Shown piece after piece: positions 26,682-33,950 of a DNA stretch of 33,950 bases. Made by a program: the position numbers and the translations under genes. The DNA comes from a virus (lineage: Duplodnaviria > Caudoviricetes): positions 1 through 33,950 of IMG/VR virus record IMGVR_UViG_3300030376_001422; one strand, 5' to 3'. The notes below the pieces were generated by a model that worked only from the letters and a program-made list of their open reading frames with translations, did not search any database and was not told the DNA's origin. Every line of letters starts with the position of its first letter. Position 1 is the first letter of the stretch.

Positions 26682-27067
26682 TATTTAAAAGCCTCCTTCA
26701 TTGAGTTTAATAAGTCTTTAACTGTGATTCTTTTTTCTCTTGGTTCGTAGAGACATACGATTTGACGAGGGCAAGCGTCAATGCTCTCCATGATTTCGAT
26801 TCCCCCACTATTGTTTGCTCCTTCGTATAAGCACCAATATTGTCTTGTTGTTTTTCCTCTAAATGATTCATGTACTTTTTCAACTTTCTTTAGTCTACAT
26901 ATAGTATATCCACCATTATCTAATGTGGGTCTGTAGTAATGTTCATGTGCGTCTGTCAAGCAGGACGAGACCATAAGTAAAACCAATGAGGATAGCAATG
27001 CCGATACCAAAGGTACAGATGCCAATAGTCCAGAATATAATTTTTTCCCTACGCTCTTGTGCTTCAT
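26681..27067 (-). CDS. Cys-containing exported/lipoprotein-like protein (start uncertain)
   Basis: Hydrophobic stretch ending VSSC, then four further Cys; overlaps the upstream gene. Confidence 0.55.
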   Translation of the reverse strand: MKHKSVGKKLYSGLLASVPLVSALLSSLVLLMVSSCLTDAHEHYYRPTLDNGGYTICRLKKVEKVHESFRGKTTRQYWCLYEGANNSGGIEIMESIDACPRQIVCLYEPREKRITVKDLLNSMKEAFK

Positions 27068-27431
27068 AAACTTCCTTTTGTCTACGCTTACGGATTTGTC
27101 CTTCCATTTGAATTAACTCATCCCATGCTTTTGTTCCGTGTGTAAACATAATGAAAGTTTTAAGCTCATCTCTTTGTTGGTCAAGTTTTTTCTTAGCCGC
27201 AAATGCTTCGATAGCTTCCTGCTCAATGGACTGACCATTAAAAACTTTGGTAAACATAGAGGGATTCTTTGCTCTCTTCTCTATATTAGCTACATCAGAT
27301 ACAGCACCCATCCATTTAGATAAATCTTGAGTCATAGCCTCAAGTTCTCTACCTGCCATGAACGCTTTTTTAATACCCCCAAATGCGGCAGTCGCAGTTG
27401 AGATAGCCGCACTTATAGTAAGAGGGTCCAT
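26943..27431 (-). CDS. Hypothetical coiled-coil protein with C-terminal TM helix
   Basis: ORF track; MDP..I.AA start, C-terminal hydrophobic helix. Confidence 0.75.
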   Translation of the reverse strand: MDPLTISAAISTATAAFGGIKKAFMAGRELEAMTQDLSKWMGAVSDVANIEKRAKNPSMFTKVFNGQSIEQEAIEAFAAKKKLDQQRDELKTFIMFTHGTKAWDELIQMEGQIRKRRQKEVYEAQERREKIIFWTIGICTFGIGIAILIGFTYGLVLLDRRT

Positions 27432-27432
27432 C

Positions 27433-27603
27433 TTACATCCGTATAACTATACTTATTAATAAAAGGAGAGTAGCACCAGTAGAAGCAAGCATGATAGATT
27501 CAAGTCGCTTAACACGATTAAACAAATCCCTGAATTGAATACTGGTTTCAGTTTCAAGTTTAGCTGTGCGTGTATCAAGAGAGTTTAGAGTTGGCTTACT
27601 CAA
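27433..27603 (-). CDS. 56-aa coiled-coil plus TM protein (XhlA-like architecture), TTG start
   Basis: MSKPTLNSLDTRTAKLETETSIQFRDLFNRVKRLESIMLASTGATLLLLISIVIRM; GGAGG RBS; fills the gap exactly. Confidence 0.7.
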   Translation of the reverse strand: MSKPTLNSLDTRTAKLETETSIQFRDLFNRVKRLESIMLASTGATLLLLISIVIRM

Positions 27604-28560
27604 TTACTTAGCCTCCAGTGCTTTTACTTTAGTTTCAAGAGTTTCAATCCTAGTCATTGCTTCTTGGAGTGCCTTAACTGCTTTCATATAGAGTACAGAA
27701 TATTTTACGTTTTTAACTTTAGATTTAACTTCTTTAACATCACCAACTTTTTTACCATCTGGAATAGTATCCCCATCTTCATATAAAGTTCCAAAGTCTG
27801 ATGAAGAACGAATATCACCCTCAGAAGGGTCAGCTTCTTTAATTAACTTATCCATTCCTGATGCTTCAAGTTCTTGAGCTATTACACCTATCTGCTCCCA
27901 AGCCTTATCCTTGTACTGAACAACATCATCTTTCTTTTTATAGTTACGAATTTTTAATGCTTTAATATCATCCCACTGAGAGTTAGCATCTTTGATGTCT
28001 TGTTTAATTCTTTCATCAGAAGTTGAACCATACGAGTTATCGTGATTAACAAGGTCTCCGTCACTGTAAATAATACATCTTACTACTGCGTTATCACCAC
28101 AATATGCAAAATAGTTAGAGTTGTTATCAGGGGCAGTACCAGACATATGTAACCACAAAATACTGGGGTCTGACGAATGAGTGTTCTCATGTTTTTGTCC
28201 ATGTCCACTTAAATTTGAAAACTGTTGGTTTCTACCAGTGGGATAAAGTATACTACGAGCCGCAGAGTTAGTATAATCATAAACAACTAAATTTCCATTA
28301 GAAGAACCAACTGCATCACCTATTCTCCAGTGTGAACCTGCCGTAGATTGAATAGCTATGTTCGCTCCTGCACCGCCTTTTACATGGAGGGCTGAAGTCG
28401 GTGAATTTTCCCCAATACCAACCAGTCCATCAGAATGTACTCGCATCTTCTCCGACCCTGCAATATTTACTTTCACAACATCATTGGTTGAGAGGTCAAT
28501 GCCACTATCTTGGTCACCAGATTGATTTAGTAACTTGTCTGCTTTGATTTCACTAACCAT
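27604..28560 (-). CDS. Tail fibre with peptidase S74 intramolecular chaperone
   Basis: GLVGIG...P...LHV repeat, SDERIKQDI, GVIAQE, C-terminal coiled coil. Confidence 0.88.
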   Translation of the reverse strand: MVSEIKADKLLNQSGDQDSGIDLSTNDVVKVNIAGSEKMRVHSDGLVGIGENSPTSALHVKGGAGANIAIQSTAGSHWRIGDAVGSSNGNLVVYDYTNSAARSILYPTGRNQQFSNLSGHGQKHENTHSSDPSILWLHMSGTAPDNNSNYFAYCGDNAVVRCIIYSDGDLVNHDNSYGSTSDERIKQDIKDANSQWDDIKALKIRNYKKKDDVVQYKDKAWEQIGVIAQELEASGMDKLIKEADPSEGDIRSSSDFGTLYEDGDTIPDGKKVGDVKEVKSKVKNVKYSVLYMKAVKALQEAMTRIETLETKVKALEAK

Positions 28561-29390
28561 TACTTTGCCTCCAGTGCTGTTAGTCGTGCTTCAATAGAAC
28601 CAAAGATAAAACTAAAGAGTTCAGGATAACGTACACCCATGCGTGTTTGTTCTTTGCCATCATCATCTTTCCAAGTAGTGCTAATAAACAATCCATAGTT
28701 AGTCGCATCTAAACCTTCAGAAGCAAACGTAGTCTTAACTTGTTGTGCAACAATACCTGAATGTGTCCTAGCTTTATCAGCCTTTTCAGTTACCTTATCT
28801 TTCCACTTAAATGTCTTAAACAAGGCAGATAGTTTGGTCGCTACCGCTAATTCTTTTGTTGTGAAAGAGGCAATGTTTTGTTTTTCGTTTTCGTCAGATG
28901 TATTGATTGTGCTATTGGTTGCGTAAATGTCATCAAATCTATGACTAGACAAACCTAAATCAATAGCATTATCTCTTGAAGAAGGGCCAGATGGGTCCCA
29001 AGGTATAATTGCATCACTACCTCCTGCAAATAAAAGACCAGAATCATCATTTCCTATGTATAAATCACCGCCATTGTTAGTGCCTATAGACCCTGCAGTA
29101 ACGCTACCCCCATAAAAAACTAAAATATCACCATCATCAGTGTTTCGTCTTATATATAGTGGAACACCTCCTGCACGAGTAAGGTTTACTTCTCCATTTT
29201 GGGCTATCATAGTACCTACATCAGCAAAAGTATTAGCAGTCTTGCCCATTAATAGTCTGCCATCAGAATCCACCCTAGCCTTTTCTGCTCCTGCAATGTT
29301 CACCTTCACAACATCATTAGTACCCAAGTCCAACCCTGAGTCTGAATCTCCGCTTTTATTTACAACGGAATCTACTTTAATTGTTGACAT
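28560..29390 (-). CDS. Tail fibre with peptidase S74 intramolecular chaperone
   Basis: TSDENEKQNI, HSGIVAQ, GVRYPEL, C-terminal coiled coil. Confidence 0.88.
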   Translation of the reverse strand: MSTIKVDSVVNKSGDSDSGLDLGTNDVVKVNIAGAEKARVDSDGRLLMGKTANTFADVGTMIAQNGEVNLTRAGGVPLYIRRNTDDGDILVFYGGSVTAGSIGTNNGGDLYIGNDDSGLLFAGGSDAIIPWDPSGPSSRDNAIDLGLSSHRFDDIYATNSTINTSDENEKQNIASFTTKELAVATKLSALFKTFKWKDKVTEKADKARTHSGIVAQQVKTTFASEGLDATNYGLFISTTWKDDDGKEQTRMGVRYPELFSFIFGSIEARLTALEAK

Positions 29391-29399
29391 CTATTCCTC

Positions 29400-29618
29400 C
29401 TATGACGGCTTTGTTGGAAAGTCAGACTCGTCAATACGAGGACTATTAGATAAAAACTTAGGTGTAACTTTACTAGGTAAATCCCTTAAAGTTTGTCTGT
29501 ATGTTTTCCATTCAGCTTTTTTACTGTCTGAAAGAGGACTATCTGCCGCTTGTGTCCAATCCGACTCTGCTAATTTAGCGTTTCTTACTTTTTTAAAATG
29601 GCTTATTTCTGCTGTCAT
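29400..29618 (-). CDS. Tail fibre assembly chaperone
   Basis: RNAKLAESDWTQ..DSP...W..YRQ.LRDLP...P.KP. Confidence 0.9.
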   Translation of the reverse strand: MTAEISHFKKVRNAKLAESDWTQAADSPLSDSKKAEWKTYRQTLRDLPSKVTPKFLSNSPRIDESDFPTKPS

Positions 29619-29628
29619 ATCGATTTCC

Positions 29629-30135
29629 TCATCCTATTAAAAACCCTTCAAATCCAGTCCATTGTTCACTACCACCTGAATATACATTTCCAGTAGCATC
29701 AGTATCACACTGATATTTCATGTGAATAAGGTCATTTGCAGAACACTGAACAAGACCAGATACTACTGCTGTTTCATTGTCACCATCATTATCCATCAGT
29801 AGTGATTGTACACTACTACCATTTTTAGTTAGGTATAAGTAATTTTTATGCACACTCGTTGCCACATAAGCCCAACAATTAAAATAATAAATTCCTGCTA
29901 CTGGACAAGTAAATTTTCCCGTGGATGTATTAAAATTACCACCAATGTCAAATCGTTCACCACCCCACACCATATCTGCGGCTCCTCCATGAGCAGTATA
30001 ATCCCTCCAACCAGAAGATGAATCATAAGCTAAAAACGCAGGTCTAGCAGGAGTTAGTATTCTTCCTGTTGAGTCAATAGTTTGTGCAGTAGTATTATTT
30101 GTGTGAGAAATTGTTTCGACTTGTAACTTACTCAT
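29629..30135 (-). CDS. C1q-domain tail/receptor-binding protein
   Basis: RPAF...FDIGGNFNTSTGKFTCPVAGIYYF...FEGFLIG; probable start MSKLQV coupled to the upstream stop. Confidence 0.85.
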   Translation of the reverse strand: MSKLQVETISHTNNTTAQTIDSTGRILTPARPAFLAYDSSSGWRDYTAHGGAADMVWGGERFDIGGNFNTSTGKFTCPVAGIYYFNCWAYVATSVHKNYLYLTKNGSSVQSLLMDNDGDNETAVVSGLVQCSANDLIHMKYQCDTDATGNVYSGGSEQWTGFEGFLIG

Positions 30136-30314
30136 ACTATCACCCATGTTCCTGAGACAGTTACAGTAGCACTAGCTCCAATCGTAATTGGACCTGCATT
30201 GACTGCATTATTGGTTGCCTCTATTTCAACCGACTGTTGTATTGTATTTTCACTTTGTTGGATTACCGCTTCAAAAGAAGTCTGTTCTCCATTTTGACCT
30301 ATATATCCACTCAT
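30132..30314 (-). CDS. Small tail structural protein
   Basis: GYIG start; NA..AGPITI....TVTV.G.W.IV motif. Confidence 0.7.
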   Translation of the reverse strand: MSGYIGQNGEQTSFEAVIQQSENTIQQSVEIEATNNAVNAGPITIGASATVTVSGTWVIV

Positions 30315-30322
30315 ATTTTCAC

Positions 30323-30667
30323 CTATGCACTTATTGTATCGACAACGGATGTAACAACATCTACTGAATTTGCCGCACTTGCTATTGCGTAAAGCACATC
30401 ACCACTTTTCAAAACAATCTTGCTACCTTCTGCAATCAGTTCAAATGATGACCCTGCTGGCAAAGGTCCATTCTTCAGTAAATAATAATCTGTTGGTCCG
30501 CTACTATTCCTAATATAGACATCTATTGTTACTGGTGATGTGGTTATGTTTGCAAATCGACAACCAACTACTGCATCATAATTACCGCCAGTCCATAACA
30601 GACTATTGGCATCACTGTGAGATGTAGGCAAATCATCTTGCAATGAGTTCCGAAAATCTTGAGCCAT
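30323..30667 (-). CDS. Small virion structural (beta-sandwich) protein
   Basis: ANIT...VTIDV...P.GSS.E...KIVL.SGD motif; AGGAG RBS. Confidence 0.75.
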   Translation of the reverse strand: MAQDFRNSLQDDLPTSHSDANSLLWTGGNYDAVVGCRFANITTSPVTIDVYIRNSSGPTDYYLLKNGPLPAGSSFELIAEGSKIVLKSGDVLYAIASAANSVDVVTSVVDTISA

Positions 30668-30683
30668 TATTTTTTCTCCTTAA

Positions 30684-32144
30684 TTATAGGCAAATTGCCA
30701 TTGCTATTGCGAAACCTTGTGTTGCCGCTCCAATATCAGAGAGAACTTCAGAGGTGCTTCTACTCTCTAAACCATTTGCTGTAAACCTTGCATACTCGTC
30801 ATCAGCAACAGAAGAGCTATCAATCTTAACTACATTTGTATTTGATATACCAGTTGATAGTGTTGCTGTTGTTGTTATAGCTGTACCATTCAACGTCATA
30901 GCATCTGCTTCTAATGTACCATCCACATCTACATCACCAGATATATCTAAACTTGCAAACACTGATGTACCTGTACCTGTAACAGTACCACCTACACCTA
31001 AGTTTCCTGCAATAGTTACATTGGTTGTTCCTGTTGGTATTTCTATTACATCAGTATCAGCATCATTCTTAATAGTTACATCATTCGTTGAGCCTTGACC
31101 TGTAAGTATTAAACCTTCTGCACTTGTATATCCAATAGCCGCATTATCTCCTGCGGATGTATCCCCAGTAGCTTCAACAGTTGCACCAGTAATTGCTCCA
31201 CTTGCAGTTAATGAGGTAATATTTGGATTAGCACCTGAACCTGCTAATGCCGCCATGTCTGCAATCACGCTACTTGTGGCAAGGAGATTTAAGTCCTCCA
31301 CGATTGCAGATGTCGCAAGGGTGTTCAGGTCTTGAATTATATCAGTGGTCGCAAGCAAAGCCATATTCGCTACATTTGCCGTTGTGCCTAATATAGACAT
31401 ATCCTCTACACAAGACGCAGTACCTAGAATACCCATATCTGTTATTACACTAGAGACACCCAACAATCCCATAGCTGTAACATTTGCAGATGTGCCTAAT
31501 AATCCCATGTCCTCAATCACTGCCGAAGTCGCAAGCAATCCCATATCTTCTACTACTGCCGCAGTACCTAAAAGATTAATAGAAGTAGTAACGTCTGCTA
31601 AAGATTGTACTGCTGTAATAGTTGGACCTGCTTCTGCGGCTCCAGTAGAAGCATTAAAGCCTAAGACTGTTCCTTTTCTTGAAGCAAGTAACGGCAACTC
31701 CATTGATACTGCACTATCTGAATCCTGAAGTCTTACACCTCTTGAAGAAGTATCATTAATATCTGCTTGTATAGCTACAAGTCTATCAAGTTCTGTATTT
31801 AATGTTCCAATGTTAAAAGCACCAGAAGCAGGAAAGTCTGTTGTTCTGTCTAATGCAATAGACCTTGTTATAACTACAACTTGTGCGGCTGAAGAAGGAT
31901 TTACTGCATTGCCAGTAGTAAAATGTATATAACCTGTGCTACCTGAAACATGAGATGCACTATTACCTGAGTTAGCAGAAGTAGTGTAATGAGTAGTTAA
32001 TGTTTTCTTAACATCATTTACATACACATTTAAGTCTGCATCAGCAAAGAACTCAAAGTCTACTTCAAAAGCAGTTTGAGAGCTTGCTCCCTGATTAAGA
32101 GTATAACTCTTTCTTGGTGTATTGTCTGAAACATTTATTGTCAT
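30684..32144 (-). CDS. Tail fibre/adaptor protein with T7 gp17-like N-terminus and 12-aa repeats
   Basis: F.VDFEFF..ADL.VY, LNTELDRL, LPL..SR.G.VLGF; C-terminal IAMAI.L. Confidence 0.85.
   Translation of the reverse strand: MTINVSDNTPRKSYTLNQGASSQTAFEVDFEFFADADLNVYVNDVKKTLTTHYTTSANSGNSASHVSGSTGYIHFTTGNAVNPSSAAQVVVITRSIALDRTTDFPASGAFNIGTLNTELDRLVAIQADINDTSSRGVRLQDSDSAVSMELPLLASRKGTVLGFNASTGAAEAGPTITAVQSLADVTTSINLLGTAAVVEDMGLLATSAVIEDMGLLGTSANVTAMGLLGVSSVITDMGILGTASCVEDMSILGTTANVANMALLATTDIIQDLNTLATSAIVEDLNLLATSSVIADMAALAGSGANPNITSLTASGAITGATVEATGDTSAGDNAAIGYTSAEGLILTGQGSTNDVTIKNDADTDVIEIPTGTTNVTIAGNLGVGGTVTGTGTSVFASLDISGDVDVDGTLEADAMTLNGTAITTTATLSTGISNTNVVKIDSSSVADDEYARFTANGLESRSTSEVLSDIGAATQGFAIAMAICL
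31236..31559 (-). repeat. Nine degenerate 36-bp (12-aa) coding repeats
   Basis: AVVEDMGLLATS / AVIEDMGLLGTS / ANVTAMGLLGVS ... SVIADMAALAGS. Confidence 0.9.
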
Positions 32145-32156
32145 GTCTTGTACCCC

Positions 32157-33950
32157 TTAGTATCTATTACCACTTGCAATCGCTCTTGTCATGTCATTTG
32201 TTAATTCTTTTAAAAACCATAAACGCATGAGAGGAAGATTTCTAATAAATTCCTTTGCTCCTTCGCCTGTATCACCTGCAAGAAACTTACCTGCCGCTTT
32301 AGTTAAATCTGAAGTTATACCTGCTCCTGCACCCATTATACCTGTAGTAGTATCTAAGATAGGAGTATCAGTTTGAGGAGGAAACTTAGGATTAATAACA
32401 CCTCCACCTATATTTGGTCCACCTAATGCTATTGATGTTGCCATAGCTTTATAAAACATATCTGAATAAATTGCTCCCAATCCAGACATATCAAACGACC
32501 TAGCTATTTTATCTTCAATAGACATCTCATCTAAAATCCAAGGGTTGTTTCTATATTTTAATTGCATACCCATATAGGCTAATCCCATTGCACTAACCAT
32601 ACCTGTAAATCTATTTCTAACTTGGCCTTGTGTATAAAGAACTGTAACTTTATTTAAAGCCGCAAGAGAATATGAGTAAAATTGAAAAGGCATACCAAGT
32701 AATCCGTTTTCAATTCTAGCATATCCTTTATAAATACTATCTTCTCTTAAATAAGGAATATGCCGAGCAACATGCATAGGTACATAAAAAACTCCATCTA
32801 CCATAATAGGTTTATCAGCAGGAGTTCCCATTAAAACTTGATGTTTGATTGAAGAATTAAGGGCTGTCCTAAATTTAAACAAAGAATCTTTATCTGTCCA
32901 TGCTGTAGAGTTTAAAAAGTTTACACCATTCTCAGCTTCAATAGGTTGTTGAGTAAATTTAATAGCATCTTCTTTTGATATACCAAGTCTAGCTAAATAT
33001 TGTTTATCTTTTACAGACACATTACCTGAGGCTAATCTTTTTGATGCCGCAAGTATTGTATGAACATTAGCCATTGAGGACATACGTTTAAATATTCCTG
33101 TCATTGGTCCTAATAAGTTAGCAATGAAATAACCATTCATAACTCTTCCACGAACTTTTTGATAAGTTCCTCCTTGAAATGGGTTATTCATAGTTTCTTC
33201 AACAAGGCGAAGCATTACATCACCTTTAAGAATTTCTAACATTTCACCGCCTAATTGCCCTTCCATTGCATTTAAACGAACCTTGTGATTATCTAATACA
33301 TGGAACACTTGTTTAAATAATGGTTTTAATTCATTTTGCATCATCACAACTGCCGCATCTGGTAGCGTGGAAAACCCTGCCGAACCTAAATAGTTAAGAG
33401 TGGCTAGGTCTTTCATTACTTGTGCGGCTCTTTGATTAAAAGCCATAGGACTTCTGGTAACATGACCTACAACTCTGTCATAACTGTGCCTAAGATTCTT
33501 ACCATATTTTCTTAATTGCCTAACTGACTGACCTGCTTTTGCTCCTTCTATTTGCAACTTTAATAAAACATTATCAAAGTCTGTTTCTCCAAATTTTTTG
33601 GCAAAAGAATACTGAGAAGCAACTCTATTGGTATATCCCATCATTAATTTAACAGGGTCTTTTATAATAAAATCAGAAACAATATGGTTAGGAATATCAA
33701 CTAATCTATGTTTAAGGTGATTAGATTGACCATGACCAAAGGAAATGTTTTCTGTAGTTACAGGATTTTCATCTCCTAATATATTATCAATAGTTTCCTT
33801 AACTCTTTCATTAATACTATTGTCGTCTGTTTTTAATCTTTTTTGAATGTATTGTTTTTCTTGAGGGTCATACCTAAATATAAAAGGATGTTCCCTATAA
33901 TGATTTCTAAATATATTTTCTAACTCACTTCTGTTTTCAAGAATATATTG
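32157..33950 (-). CDS. Large internal virion protein, C-terminal part (continuation of 1..1720)
   Basis: Frame continuous through the terminal overlap; PFQFYSY and LP...LW motifs typical of C-termini of large ejection proteins. Confidence 0.8.
   Translation of the reverse strand, partial: QYILENRSELENIFRNHYREHPFIFRYDPQEKQYIQKRLKTDDNSINERVKETIDNILGDENPVTTENISFGHGQSNHLKHRLVDIPNHIVSDFIIKDPVKLMMGYTNRVASQYSFAKKFGETDFDNVLLKLQIEGAKAGQSVRQLRKYGKNLRHSYDRVVGHVTRSPMAFNQRAAQVMKDLATLNYLGSAGFSTLPDAAVVMMQNELKPLFKQVFHVLDNHKVRLNAMEGQLGGEMLEILKGDVMLRLVEETMNNPFQGGTYQKVRGRVMNGYFIANLLGPMTGIFKRMSSMANVHTILAASKRLASGNVSVKDKQYLARLGISKEDAIKFTQQPIEAENGVNFLNSTAWTDKDSLFKFRTALNSSIKHQVLMGTPADKPIMVDGVFYVPMHVARHIPYLREDSIYKGYARIENGLLGMPFQFYSYSLAALNKVTVLYTQGQVRNRFTGMVSAMGLAYMGMQLKYRNNPWILDEMSIEDKIARSFDMSGLGAIYSDMFYKAMATSIALGGPNIGGGVINPKFPPQTDTPILDTTTGIMGAGAGITSDLTKAAGKFLAGDTGEGAKEFIRNLPLMRLWFLKELTNDMTRAIASGNRY
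33803..33950. repeat. Terminal direct overlap (copy 2)
   Basis: 147/148 identical to 1-148. Confidence 0.97.

Noticed and set aside
29140-32376. Plus-strand ORFs 29140..29640, 30643..31098, 31345..31728, 32191..32376
   Set aside because: Antisense shadows of tail genes.
33803-33950. T7-like physical direct terminal repeat
   Set aside because: It falls inside a continuous CDS and has read-scale length; best explained as assembly circularity.
1-33950. tRNA or rRNA genes
   Set aside because: No cloverleaf or T-loop signature noticed by eye; tRNAscan-SE was not run.

Overview
The window is an apparently complete, circularly permuted dsDNA podovirus genome of 33,802 bp. Bases 1-148 recur at 33803-33950 with one synonymous SNP. 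The minus strand carries a T7/BPP-1/HTVC010P-style late module: TerS, TerL, portal, scaffold, GNAT, major capsid, tail tubular A and B, three internal virion proteins (the largest spans the junction), tail fibres with S74 chaperones, a C1q protein, a holin and an M15 endolysin. The plus strand carries an early module: DUF932, HTH regulators, an Hjc-like resolvase, YqaJ exonuclease, a Sak/Rad52-like annealing protein, an SSB-like protein and AlpA. I recognise no DNA polymerase, helicase, primase, RNA polymerase or integrase. The host is probably a marine alphaproteobacterium (inference). The standout feature is a ~1.7 kb GC-richer self-complementary element at the early/late divergence point (16471-18169). 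Its core is a ~545-nt-per-arm imperfect rod in which the whole first early gene (134 aa) is mirrored by a non-coding, indel-riddled antisense copy. Outer branches fold the terS gene. Mismatches in the core are biased to G-T wobbles on the minus strand, and sigma70-like elements near the apex have off-register spacers on the two arms (15 and 19 nt). Together these suggest a single-strand-activated (Frpo-like) 'self-duplexing gene' or a giant regulatory RNA. All assignments come from reading the sequence and motifs by eye; no searches were run.
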